Program-made: the position numbers and the translations under genes
The notes under the pieces: generated by a model
The model's database searches: none
What the model was told of the DNA's origin: nothing
Seen by the model: the letters and a program-made list of their open reading frames with translations, nothing else
Source: Chiloscyllium plagiosum
Lineage: Eukaryota
DNA: 31,619 nt
Assembly (NCBI RefSeq): GCF_004010195.1
Contig: NC_057757.1
Span: forward strand, 5,432,430-5,464,048
Direction: 5' to 3'
Part shown: piece after piece, positions 1 through 10,601 of the stretch
Position numbering within the stretch: the first letter of the stretch is position 1
Layout of the letters: each line of letters begins with the position of its first letter

Positions 1-148
1 TTGGGAGGGGAATCTGCAATTTTTACCTGCTCTGGCCTACCCGTGACTCCAGACCTAGTGATGTGGTTACTCTGGATTACCCTCTGGGCAATTAGGGATA
101 GGCAGTAAATTGTGGGCCTAGCCATTGTCCTGTGAATGAATTAAAAGA
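1..148 (+). mobile_element. Second tRNA-headed SINE family, 3' part (family name not assigned)
   Basis: gtgactccagacc...gggcaattagggataggc...tgaatgaatt; reverse complement of the copies at about 8315 and 12948. Confidence 0.65.
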
Positions 149-290
149 AATAATAGGCGGGGCGGGGGGAGCGGAGAACCTACTGTGGTCTGCCATTTTG
201 TTTTGAAAAAAAATTAATTGATGTGAAATATTAACTGCTCTCGTGCTCTTCCACCCCGCCGGTCACTCATTGTGGTACAACCCACTAAAT

Positions 291-311
291 TTCCTTTACG
301 AGTGGCTACAG
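291..311 (+). promoter_or_regulatory. Putative U12-type (minor spliceosome) branch point and 3' splice site
   Basis: TTCCTTTAC (291-299) resembles the U12 consensus TTCCTTAAC, lies about 12 nt upstream of the exon start, and has no polypyrimidine tract between it and the CAG. Confidence 0.7.
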
Positions 312-455
312 TTATGATCAGCCGTACACTGGGCCCGGAGTTTGGTGGGAGCATCGGTCTGATGTTTTTCCTGGCCAATGTCTGTTCCTGTGCGGTCTAC
401 ATCCTAGGCTTGGTGGAGGCCATTTTGGATGTGTTTGGAGAGGTCCCCAATGCAG
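312..455 (+). CDS. SLC12A9: SLC12A9 coding exon (F)[47 protein letters not shown]
   Basis: CAG acceptor 309-311; GTGAGT donor at 456; 144 nt, phase 1 to 1. Confidence 0.93.
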
Positions 456-465
456 GTGAGTCAAC

Positions 466-529
466 CCACCCTCCTCCCCCCCTCCCCCCCCCCCCCCCCC
501 CCCCCCCCCCTCCCCTCTTCCCTTCCCCC
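466..529 (+). repeat. Poly-C tract immediately downstream of a splice donor
   Basis: Long C runs; gives the spurious poly-Pro in the ORF track. Confidence 0.9.
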
Positions 530-626
530 AAAAGAAAAGGTTGGTTGTCTGAGTCTGATGTCTAACAACTTTTTAAACTTTGGTGCTAGGGGTTCTGGGG
601 TTCAAAATCTTTTTCAACATTAAATG

Positions 627-930
627 GGGCAGCACAGTGGCTCAGTGGTTAGCACTGCTCCCTCAGTGCGAGGGACCTGGGTTTGATTTCACCCTCTGGT
701 GACTGTGTGTGGAGTCCTCCCATTCTCCCCGTGTCTGCGTGGGTTTCCTCCCACAACCCGAAGATGGGCAGGTCAGGGTGGGTTGGCCACGTTAAATTGC
801 CCCATAGTGTTCAGGGATATGTAGGTTAGGTGCATTGGTCAAGGGGAATGTCAAGTAATGGGGTTGGGGAATGGGTCGGTGTGGGCCCGTTGGGCCAAAG
901 GACCTGTTTCCATACTGTAGGGATACTATG
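627..930 (+). mobile_element. HE1/V-SINE-type tRNA-derived SINE
   Basis: A box TGGCTCAGTGG, degenerate B box GGTTTGATTTC, central tctccccgtgtctgcgtgggtttcctcc domain, CR1-like tail gggccaaaggacctgtttccatactgtag. Confidence 0.85.
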
Positions 931-1370
931 ATAATTTGGGGCAGGACTGAACCGTTAATTGTCTAATTCAAGTGCTATTTTCCTGCACTTCCCCATATCC
1001 CCTTTTTTGACTTTTTTTTTAAAAACTTTTTTTAAATATTGAAATAGAAGCTCCTATCCACCACGCTGCTGTCTGTGGGATTTTGCTCTGCACTTGTCGG
1101 GTTGCCAGGTTTCCTGTATTTATAACCAGTGGTGCCACTGTATGTTTTGGTGGGGAAAGCCTAGTCAGTGCCTTCAGGAAAAGCACTGTTTTAACCTGGG
1201 CTATCCCTAGACCTTTTTTTGACCTGTCTTGCTTGGTTATGGTGCGTGACTCGTCTGTGATACGGGAATGAGTTCCATCACTGGCGACGATGCTTTAAAA
1301 AAATGACCAGAATCTAATTGGACTCCACTCCATCTGCCAGTCCTCAGATGAAGACTGATTTGGGGATGCT

Positions 1371-1514
1371 GGTGTTGGACTGGGATGGACAAAGGTTAAA
1401 AATCACACAACGCCAGGTTATAGTCCAACAGGTTTATTTGGAAGCACTAGCTTTTGGAGCGCTGCTCCTTTATCAGATAGCTGTCATCACAACCACCTGT
1501 TGAAGGAGCAGCTC
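1371..1514. mobile_element. Penelope-type terminal fragment (family B) with decayed hammerhead; partial second copy at about 2695-2760
   Basis: ggttatagtccaacaggtttatttg...ttttggagcgctgctcctt is shared with about 2700-2759; short inverted continuation cctgttgaaggagcagc. Confidence 0.6.
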
Positions 1515-1904
1515 AACAAATGTGCACATGTAACAGGGTCTTGGGCTGGGTCTAAAAAATAACCAAAGATTTCTGAACAGGGGAGCACTTAAAAACATGG
1601 AACCGAGGGTGGAAAAAAAGTCAGCAAATCAGACTGGAGTGGTAACACCATATAGAACCTTAGTCCCTCAGCACATGGAGCATGTTGAAGGGATGATGCT
1701 TTTGGAGGTTGCTATGCAAATACACACATTTTTTTTGATTTCCACCAGGTGATGAAGGGATACAGGGGCTGGGAAATCTGCTTTTTTTTTTTGTTTTTTG
1801 TTTTTTTTTTTGTCCCAGTTCTTCATAACCTACTTCTTATTTTGTGGAAGCTACAGATTACAAACATAATTCTTTGGAAACAAGAATTTTGAGATTTGCT
1901 TTCT

Positions 1905-2042
1905 CTCCAGGTGGAGGAGATTATGGGTGTTTTTTTTTTAAGATTAGATTCCCTACAGTGTGGAAACAGGCCCTCCAGGTGGAGGAGATTATGGGTGTTT
2001 TTTTTTTTAAGATTAGATTCCCTACAGTGTGGAAACAGGCCC
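1905..2042 (+). repeat. Tandem duplication, 68-bp period, spanning a SINE 3' tail junction
   Basis: ctccaggtggaggagattatgggtg(t)n-aagattagattccctacagtgtggaaacaggccc starts at 1905 and again at 1973. Confidence 0.9.
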
Positions 2043-2328
2043 TTCGACTCAACACCAACCCTCCGAAGAGTAACCCACCTAGACCCATTGCCCTAACCTG
2101 TATTTACTCTCTGACTAATGCATCTAACACTATGGACAATTTAGCATGGCCAATTCACCTGAGCTGTGCATCTTTGGACTGTGGGAGGAAACTGGAGCAC
2201 CCGGAGGAAACCCACGCAGACACTGGGAGAATGTGCAAACTCCACACGGACAATTGCCCGAGGCTGGAATAAAACCTGGGTCCCTGGCACTGAGGCTGCA
2301 GCACTAACCACTGAGCCACTACACTGTC
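2008..2328 (-). mobile_element. HE1/V-SINE-type SINE
   Basis: Reverse complement of the same head, core and tail. Confidence 0.85.
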
Positions 2329-2774
2329 ATATTGCCGAGAGATTTTGCAGGAGGGTGGAGGAAGAAACTCCGACAAAAGCAAAGTTTGTTTCCTTTCTCA
2401 AGCTGGTATTCTTGCATTTTGGTTCTGATGGCTTCAACTGCATCTCTGACCTCTACGTTGCCTCCTTTTGGGCCAGTGTCTCTAATATTAAAGGAAGCTA
2501 TGTGGACTCTTGCTCCCCCTGATGGCAATGGTCTGCACTGCGGGAAGTAGGTGGGAAAAGGGGGATGCTGCTCTCCATGGTAGCAAAGCAGCTTTGAGGG
2601 GCTGAATGGCCTACTCCTCCTAGACTAGGGTTGATCCTAGTGGCAAAATTTGACGGGGTGATCTGATTGCTTAAGCTAAAGGTATCGTCTGACTTCCAAC
2701 AGGGTTATAGTCCGACAGGTTTATTTGAAATAATGAGCCCTTTTGGAGCGCTGCTCCTTAGGGAGGTGTTGGGT

Positions 2775-3342
2775 ATAGAGTCATACAGCACGGAAACAGA
2801 TCCTTCGGTCCAACGCATCAGTGCTGACCGTAATCCCAAACTAGACCAGTCCTGTTTGCCTGTGGTTATCCTGTATCCCTTTTGCTATTCATGTACTTAT
2901 CCAAATGTCTTTTAAATGTCGTAACTGTCCCAGCATCCTCCCCTTCCTCTGGAAGGTCACTGCACAGACGCACCACTTATTTTAAAAATAGTTGTCCCTT
3001 AAGTCCCCTTTCAAACCATTTGCCTCTGGTCTTGAACTCCCCCCACCCTGGGGCAAAAATCTTTGCTATTTACCTTATCCATGCCCCTTGTGACCTTGTA
3101 AACCTCTAAAAGATTACCCCTCGATCTCCTACACTCCACAGAGGAAAATTTCAGCCTCTCCCTGTAAATCAAACCCTTCGTTTCCAGCAACATTCTAGTA
3201 AATCTTCTCTGAACTCACACTCCTTCAGTTTAATAACAGGGTGACCAGAACTGGACACAGTGCTCCAGGAGACACCTCGCTTCACCAGTTTCCTGTACGT
3301 GTCCCAATTTCTATTCTCAATGATCTGAACAATGAAGGCAAG
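2775..3342 (-). mobile_element. CR1/HER1-type LINE 3' fragment
   Basis: Begins with the tail agagtcatacagcacggaaacagatccttcggtcc; RT C-terminal remnants. Confidence 0.8.
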
Positions 3343-3846
3343 AGTGCCCGACAGTATAAAGGATTGACAACTGATGAGCCGGTTTCTGAGTGAGGAACCC
3401 CAAAGGACGGGGCAATTATAAAACTTGGTGATTGGCCATATTGGAGAATACGGACAAATATACCTCTTTAGAAATTTCAGTCAAATGGCTGATCCATTTT
3501 TCTTTCTGTAAGAGAAGACTTGATCAATTACTATCTAGTTGAATGCAGGGACGTCTGTGTCCCCATTCCTCCCCGGGGGAAGAAGCGAGGAGGGTTGGTG
3601 GGCCAGTATGGGTGCAGATGGGCTGTTGGCCTCCACCTTGTATCATTCCCCACCCCCCCCCCCCCTCCACAATAAGGGGACAGTGGCCAATGGAGGCTAA
3701 GTAGTCTGTGGTATGAATGTGGTGCTATTTTTCACTGAATGTTGGCAGGGGTGTGTTGGTGGGCTTGTTTCTTTGGTCCGTTCCTAAATAACCACTTGCC
3801 CCCCTCCTCTTGTCTTACCACCCTCTCCCTGACCGTGGTCCAGCAG

Positions 3847-4143
3847 ATACCCAGTCCAGTGGCATTCACGTGCTCCCACAGAACTACCTGTACGATGTCC
3901 TGTATGCCTCCAGCATCCTGCTGCTCTGTCTCCTGGTGTGTCTAGTTGGAGCTCAAATCTATGCCAAGACCAGCTTCCTGATTTTTCTGGTGGTCCACGT
4001 TGTCCTGCTCACCATCATGGTCAGCTTCTTCGTGGTGAGCCCCAAGACCATGGTCATTGTGAGGCAGGTGGGGAACGAGAGCCAGTCCATCTACACCAAC
4101 TACACCGGCTTCAGTATGGCCACGCTGCGGGAAAACCTCTGGG
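3847..4143 (+). CDS. SLC12A9: SLC12A9 coding exon DTQSSGIHVLPQ...MATLRENLW
   Basis: CAGCAG acceptor 3841-3846 (alternative start 3844); GTAAGT donor at 4144; 297 nt; hydrophobic TM segments. Confidence 0.92.
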
Positions 4144-4187
4144 GTAAGTCCACACGGGTTCTCGTACCTGCTGTTGCGTGAGATTGT

Positions 4188-4653
4188 GGTCATAGTCATA
4201 GAGATGTACAGCATGGCAACAGACCCTTCGGTCCAACTCGTCCAGGTATCCTAACCTCCTCTACCCCCACTTGCCAGCACTTGGCTCATATCCCTCTAAC
4301 TCCTTCCTATCCATCGACCCAATCCAGATGCCTTTTAAATGCTGTAATTGTACCAGCCTCCTCCACTTCGACAGCTCGTTCCATACACACACCACCCTCT
4401 GTGAAAGTTGCCCCTTAGGTCTGTTTTATACCTTCCCCCCTCGCCCTAGACCTATGCCCTCTAGTTCTGGACTCCATGACCCCAGGGAAAATACTTTGTC
4501 TATTTACCCTATCCATGTCCCTCATGATTTTATAAACCTCTCAGGTCACCCCTCCATCTCCATGGAAAACAACCCAACCTGTTCAACTTCTCCCTATAAC
4601 TAAGACCTCTGACCCTGACTACATCCTTGTAAATCTTTTCTGAGCCCTTTCAG
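4188..4653 (-). mobile_element. CR1/HER1-type LINE 3' fragment (duplicated at 4879-5340)
   Basis: catagagatgtacagcatggcaacagacccttcggtcc...ccttgtaaatcttttctga. Confidence 0.8.
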
Positions 4654-4834
4654 GCCAAGACCAGCTTCCTGATTTTTCTGGTGGTCCACGTTGTCCTGCT
4701 CACCATCATGGTCAGCTTCTTCGTGGTGAGCCCCAAGACCATGGTCATTGTGAGGCAGGTGGGGAACGAGAGCCAGTCCATCTACACCAACTACACCGGC
4801 TTCAGTATGGCCACGCTGCGGGAAAACCTCTGGG
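4654..4834 (+). pseudogene. SLC12A9: Duplicated partial SLC12A9 exon (pseudo-exon) AKTSFLIFLVV...RENLW
   Basis: Matches 3963-4143; preceded by tttcag (ending 4653) and followed by GTAAGT (4835). Confidence 0.85.
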
Positions 4835-5340
4835 GTAAGTCCACACGGGTTCTCGTACCCGCTGTTGCGTGAGATTGTGGTCATAGTCATAGAGATGTAC
4901 AGCATGGCAACAGACCCTTCGGTCCAACTCGTCCAGGTATCCTAACCTCCTCTACCCCCACTTGCCAGCACTTGGCTCATATCCCTCTAACTCCTTCCTA
5001 TCCATCGACCCAATCCAGATGCCTTTTAAATGCTGTAATTGTACCAGCCTCCTCCACTTCCTCTGACACACACCACCCTCTGTGAAAGTTGCCCCTTAGG
5101 TCTGTTTTATACCTTCCCCTCTCGCCCTAGACCTATGCCCTCTAGTTCTGGACTCCATGACCCCAGGGAAAATACTTTGTCTATTTACCCTATCCATGTC
5201 CCTCATGATTTTATAAACCTCTAAGGTCACCCCCTCCATCTCCATGGAAAACAACCCAACCTGTTCAACTTCTCCCTATAACTAAGACCTCTGACCCTGA
5301 CTACATCCTTGTAAATCTTTTCTGAACCCTTTTCAGGTTT

Positions 5341-5690
5341 CACAGCATCCTTCCAATAGGAACCTGAAAGGGTTAATGCTGTAGACTGTTAAGCTCCACC
5401 CCATCTTGTCGTAATCATGGGAAGAAAGAAGTCTCTTTTTATCTCCTGGAAATTGCAGAAACCTAGAGTGTGGAAGCCACCTCATCCCTGTAACCCTGCA
5501 TCTGCTGTGGCTGACCCACCTAGCCTGACCACTATGGGACAACTTAGCACAGCCAATCCACCCTAACCTGCACGCCTTTGGACTGTGGGAGGAAACCCAC
5601 GCAGGCACACGTGAGAATGTGCAAACTCCAGAGGGTGGGATCAAACCCAGGTCCCCGACGCTGTGAGGCAGCGGCGCTAACCACTGAGCT
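5341..5690 (-). mobile_element. Composite element: HE1-type SINE + unique spacer + CR1 junction
   Basis: Reverse complement aligns by eye with 27235-27670, including the non-SINE spacer. Confidence 0.75.
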
Positions 5691-5704
5691 GACCCAATTA
5701 TATA

Positions 5705-6422
5705 CTGGCAATGGAGGCAGTCCAGAGAAGGTTCATTAGTTTAATCTCTGGTACAGAGGGATTGTTATGAGGAGAGGTTGAATGAGTTGGACTTGTACTC
5801 ATTGCAGTTAAGGAAAGGTGAGAGATCGCTTTGGATTCACAGGAGACTTGTCAGAGCAGATACAGTGAGGTTGTTCCCCACTTCTCTTCCACCACTCTCC
5901 TCTTCCACCCCCCCCACCCCCCCAAACCTTGTGCAAGAGTCTGGGACCAGAGGGTGATCCTTCTGGGATAAAGGTTGGGGGTGTAGACCTCACCTTGAGG
6001 GAAGTAAATCTGTAGATTTCTTTGCTGCCGTCATTGAGAATATTCAAGGCTGCGATACTTTTTTATATCAGGAAGGGGAGCGAGGGTTGTGATGGAGGGA
6101 AATGGGAGTTGAGGATTATCTGATAGTCCAGTCTCATTGGTCCAACTCTCCTCCTTGTCTTGTGGTCTTTACAGGATACGTGGTAGTCAGGTTTAAGGTG
6201 GGGGGTGGGGAGGGGGAGGGAGGTGGCTAGCTTAAAAGGGACCTAAGGGGCAACTTTTTCACGCAGAGGGTGGTACATGTATGGAACGAGGTGACAGAGG
6301 AAGTGGTGGAGGCTGGTACAATGACAGCATTAAAAGGCATCTGGATGGGTATGTGAACAGGAAGGGGTTAGAGGGATATGGGCCGGGTGCTGGGAAATGG
6401 GGCTAGATGATTTTAGGATATC
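5705..6422 (+). mobile_element. Degenerate CR1/L2-type LINE 3' fragments
   Basis: tggaggcagtccagagaaggttca...; ggggcaactttttcacgcagagggtggt...gagggatatgggcc. Confidence 0.65.
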
Positions 6423-7107
6423 ACCTGATTGGCACCGAAGCGCCTTTTTTTTTTTCAGCTCTCCAACTCACTTGGAATATCTTGGGTCAGTTTGGTGCTA
6501 CCTGTGCTCCTTGTGGTGTTAGTGAGGTGGGGAAAGACCTCCACATGTAGGAGCAGTGAAGATTATCTTTGAAGAGCTAGTATTTAATTGCCAGTTACAC
6601 TATGCCAGAGTCATGTGAGAGACATCAGTTATATTTAAGAGTAAATATACATTCTCATTAGTGGTGTGGACGAAGACTTGACCAATTTTGGATCTCTTGT
6701 GATTTTATCTACCAGTGTATACAATTTAGTCACTCCCGCCCCCCCCCACCCCACTGCAAGCATCAGCCTTTCCTACAGTCACCTAGCGTCCATTAACTCC
6801 TCTTCCAGGAATTAAACTCTCTCTCGTACAATTCTCTCTTGTATGTTGTAACAAACGACCAACCCCAACTTTCTAAATGGTAACCAGGTGATTTTGTTCC
6901 TCTCCACCCCTCCAGGCCTGGGAGAAGGTGTTTGAGGCTTTGAGGCCTACCCTATGGTGTAGCCTGGGAATAAATTATCTTTGTGTCCCAGTTTAGTGGG
7001 CAGGGGAATGGGGGCATGAGCACGTTGGGAAGGGGTGGAAAGGGAATGAGATGGTGTGTGTATCTCTGGAGTAATGTGTTTTTTTTTTATTATTTTTGTT
7101 TTTCCAG

Positions 7108-7215
7108 ATAATTATTCTGTGGATTACACCACCAAATACATGATGACCTTTGCGACAGTGTTTGCTGTCATGTTTAATGGTTGTACTGGTATCATGGCTG
7201 GTTCTAACATGTCTG
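7108..7215 (+). CDS. SLC12A9: SLC12A9 coding exon (D)[35 protein letters not shown](G)
   Basis: T-rich tract plus CAG at 7105-7107; GTAAT donor at 7216; 108 nt; TGIMAG motif. Confidence 0.95.
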
Positions 7216-7899
7216 GTAATGCTCTCCTCTTTCTTTTTTAAAATTTCCCCCCCACCCCCCCTATCCCAGGGCCAATACCTACCCCCCTGCTGTGGGACAG
7301 GCCACGTACAGATACTGGCATTTGAACAAAAACTCAGGATTCACTCCCTAAGGGGTGTGGGTGATGGAGTGTGTTCAAATCCCAGCACACCAACTAGGGC
7401 GAATTTGAGTGCTAATCTAGAATAAAATATTTGACTTTTTGTTTACATCAGTTGAACCACCTCCAGACCAGCCTTTTATTATCTGCAAACATCTGAATTA
7501 TGCAAAACACTGACCAACAGGTTCAAGAACTGCTTCTTCCCTGCTGTTATCACACTTCTAAGGGGCCTCTCATTAGAGTTGCTGTTTTCCTGCACTTCCT
7601 CTGTAGCTGTAACACTATATATTCTGCATTCTGTTCCATTGCCCTTGTACTTGCATAACATGTGATTTTTACCTGGATAGTAAGTAAAACAATACTTTTC
7701 ACTGTATCTCGGTAAATGTGCCAATCAATCAAAACTCACCCTTTTTTTTCTATATATCATAGAATCCCTACACACACCATTTCATTCCCTTTCCACCCCT
7801 TCCCAGCACATTGCTCTCTTCCTCCCACCAAGCCCACTAAACTGGGACACTGAGATAATCCACTCCCAGGCTGCACCATAAGATAGGCCTCAAGTATAC

Positions 7900-8190
7900 A
7901 CTGACCCTCTGAAGAGTAAACCACGCAGACCCATTTCCCCCCATTACTCTATTACCCCAGATTTACCCTGACTAATGCACCTAACCTACACTCCCCTGAA
8001 CACTATGGGGCAATTTAGTGCAGTCACACCACCCTAACCTGCACATCTTTGGACTGTGGGAGGAAACCACAGCAACCTGGACGAAACCCATACAGACACA
8101 GGGAGAATGTAAGCTCCACACAGGGTCGAGTTGAACCCAGGTCCCTGGCACTGAGAGGCAGCAGTGCTAACCACTGAGCCACCATGCCTC
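7900..8190 (-). mobile_element. HE1/V-SINE-type SINE
   Basis: gcagtgctaaccactgagccacc head and tttggactgtgggaggaaacc core. Confidence 0.85.
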
Positions 8191-8252
8191 CCAGATCTGT
8201 GGATAAGCATTACCAGTTTTATTTGTTTCAGGTCCTGCAGCATCCTTGTGAT

Positions 8253-8284
8253 CACGGACGGACGGACGGACGGACTGACTGACT
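8253..8284 (+). repeat. Compound microsatellite (ACGG)n(ACTG)n
   Basis: Read directly. Confidence 0.9.
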
Positions 8285-8314
8285 ATTACTATCCTCGTGT
8301 TTCCTTCGTAAAAT

Positions 8315-8660
8315 TATTTCACGGGATGAGGTGATTGCTGGCTGAGCCCAGCAGTTCTTGCCCATCCCTAATTGCCCAAAGGACAGTTTAAGAGTCTACT
8401 GCATTACTGTGGGTCTGGAGTCATGTGTAGGCCTGAACAGGTAAGGATAGTGGGTTTCCTTCCCTAAGGGACATGGAAAAACCCATCTGGTTCACTAACA
8501 ATCAGCAATGGATTCATGGTCATCATTAGACTCTTTAATTTCAGATTTTATTTTTGAAATTGAATTCAAACGCCATGGTGGGATTTGAACCAGGGTCCCC
8601 AGAACATTAGCTGAGTTTTTGGGTTAACAGTCCAGCAATAATACCACTGGGCCAGCACAT
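8315..8660 (-). mobile_element. Second tRNA-headed SINE family, near full length
   Basis: Minus-strand A box (TGGCCCAGTGG) and B box (GGTTCAAATCC); body gcccatccctaattgccc / gggtctggagtc. Confidence 0.7.
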
Positions 8661-9301
8661 CTCCTCCTTGTGTGGCAAACACTGGGTGCACCAACTGGAT
8701 TAGGCCATTCAGCCCCCTGACCGTGTTCTGCTATTCACTCAGATCGTGGTTAACCATCCATCTCGACCCTATCTTCCCGCACTCTTAAAGAGGGACGGAT
8801 GTAGGCCATTCGGCCTGCTGTCAGCTTTTATATCTCCTGATGTCTGGAACTCTAGACCTGTCTCAAACACACACTGTATGACTGAGCCTCAATCGGCCCA
8901 ATTCTAGAACCGGGGCAAATGTATTCTGTTTGAAGAAATTTCTCTTCACATCTGTCCCAAATGTCGCTTTATGTTCTGCAACAGTGTCCCTGCTGTTTTT
9001 TGCCCCCCTCGGTGAACAGCACCTTCCAAACCTGCGACCACACCCCCTGGTTTCCCCCATTGCTGGGGATACCCTTGTGCCCTATAGAACTGTCCAATTG
9101 TGATAGGCTAGCTCCCCAACGCAACCTCTGGGCAGTTGGGGACGGGCAATAAATGTTAGCCCAGCCAGCGACATCAACATCTGTGTTTTGAGAAAGTGGT
9201 AAGGGCTGTGCACACACTTAGTCGGGTTAAGACCGTCTGGCCTCTTAAAAATGGCGGACCACGGCCCGGGGAGTTCTGCTGATGGCCGTTTCTCATTCCA
9301 G

Positions 9302-9413
9302 GAGACTTGAAAAACCCGAGCTACGCAATTCCCAAAGGCACGGTCATCGCTGTCATCTACACCTTCCTGGTCTACCTACTGCTCTGCTTCCTCGTGAGCT
9401 TTACCTGCGACAG
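9302..9413 (+). CDS. SLC12A9: SLC12A9 coding exon (G)DLKNPSYAIPKGTVIAVIYTFLVYLLLCFLVSFTCD(R)
   Basis: ttccag acceptor ending 9301; GTGAGT donor at 9414; 112 nt. This frame is absent from the ORF track. Confidence 0.95.
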
Positions 9414-10182
9414 GTGAGTCCCAGTCAAGCCCATCCTGAGCCTTCTGTGGGGGGTCCCTTGGGAGAATGTGCGCCAAACTGCAGGGGTGGGGAGGGGCAA
9501 GTGAGGAGGATGTCATGGAGCTGTCGAGGACCACTGGAATGTGAGGCAGGGGCAAGGAGATGGGGACTGGAAGGTGGAGGTTCCCATCATGCTTTGCCAG
9601 GGACGTGATGGGGGATGGGAGGGGAAAAAATGGCCAACTTTTGGGCATTGCTGGTTAGGCTGCCCTCTGAGAAGGTGGGGCTGAGCCGCCATCTTGAACC
9701 ACTGCAGTCCCATGTGCCATAGGGCCCCCCCCACGGCAGCATTAGGGAGGGTGTTACATGATTCGGACCCAGTGATACTGGAGGAATGACTGATGCATTT
9801 CCACCTCTGGTTGGGGAGGAGGACCTGCAGGGGTGGTGTTCCCCTATGCTTACACTCGCCCTTCTCGATGGTAGAGGTCATGCCCTTCATAGGTGGTGTA
9901 GCTCTTTGTTCCCAGACCCCTATCCGAATGATACAGGAACCAAAGCAGTGCCCCCTGTAGCCAGTAGGAAGCTGATCCATACTTCCCCCCCTCCCCCTCC
10001 TCTAGCAAATGTTGTGTTAAACTGGTACGTTTGAAATCTTAGAAGCAGAACGTGGGTTCAATGTGAAAGAGTTTGGATTTAGGGGTGAGGAGCAGCTCTG
10101 GATTGGGGAAATTGGAACTCTTCTTTTGAGAAGATTGAGTAAAATCTTGTCTGTATCATGAGGGGGGGGTCAATCAAGGAGG

Positions 10183-10478
10183 AGGCACAGTGGCTCAGTG
10201 GTTAGCACTGCTGCCTCAGCACCAGGGACTTGAGTTTGATCCCATCCTCCAGTGTCTGTCTGTGTGGAGTTTGCACATTCTCCCCGTGTCTGTGTGGGTT
10301 TCCTCCGGGTGCTCCAGTTTCCTCCCACAATCCAAAGGTGTGCAGGTTAGGGTGGATTGGCCATGCTAAATTGTCCTGTAATGTCCAGGGGTGTGCAGGT
10401 TAGGGTCGGCCATGGGGAAGGAGGAGGGGGGGGCGTTGGGGCCAAATGGCCTGCTTCCACCCTGCTAGCATTCTACAG
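10183..10478 (+). mobile_element. HE1/V-SINE-type SINE
   Basis: ggcacagtggctcagtggttagcactgctgcctc head with full core. Confidence 0.85.
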
Positions 10479-10601
10479 AAAGCTGCAGAGTGCAAGGGCA
10501 AGGATTTGAGGGGGTTAACCCTTTAATGCAACCCTGGGTTATGTAACTGATCCTTTCTTTTTCTTTTCTTCGCCCCCCCCCCCCCCCCCACGCTGCGTCA
10601 G

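Larger units (their letters stand above)
3963..5336 (+). repeat. Tandem duplication, about 691-bp unit (3963-4653 / 4654-5336), containing the 3' 181 nt of an SLC12A9 exon, its donor and a CR1 fragment
   Basis: Near-identical sequence from GCCAAGACCAGC onward in both copies, with a few substitutions and indels. Confidence 0.95.

Noticed and set aside
456..565. Poly-proline extension of ORF 272-565
   Set aside because: Read-through past the GTGAGT donor into an intronic poly-C tract.
627..700. tRNA gene (A/B boxes), likewise at 10183, 25238 and 27235
   Set aside because: tRNA-derived SINE heads continuing into SINE core sequence; no full cloverleaf evident.
3371..3400. CTGATGAG motif as a hammerhead or C/D snoRNA
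   Set aside because: No GAAA box after a helix II; the downstream CTGA is too close for a C/D snoRNA.
3942..4905. Two similar antisense ORFs (MLYISMTMTT...)
   Set aside because: Shadow ORFs opposite the SLC12A9 exon and its duplicate.
9247..9696. YY1-like motifs (aaaatggcgg at 9248, gccgccatcttg at 9685; also aagatggcg near 16224)
   Set aside because: Short motifs with no CpG-island or promoter context; the 9685 one appears to lie in a degenerate repeat.
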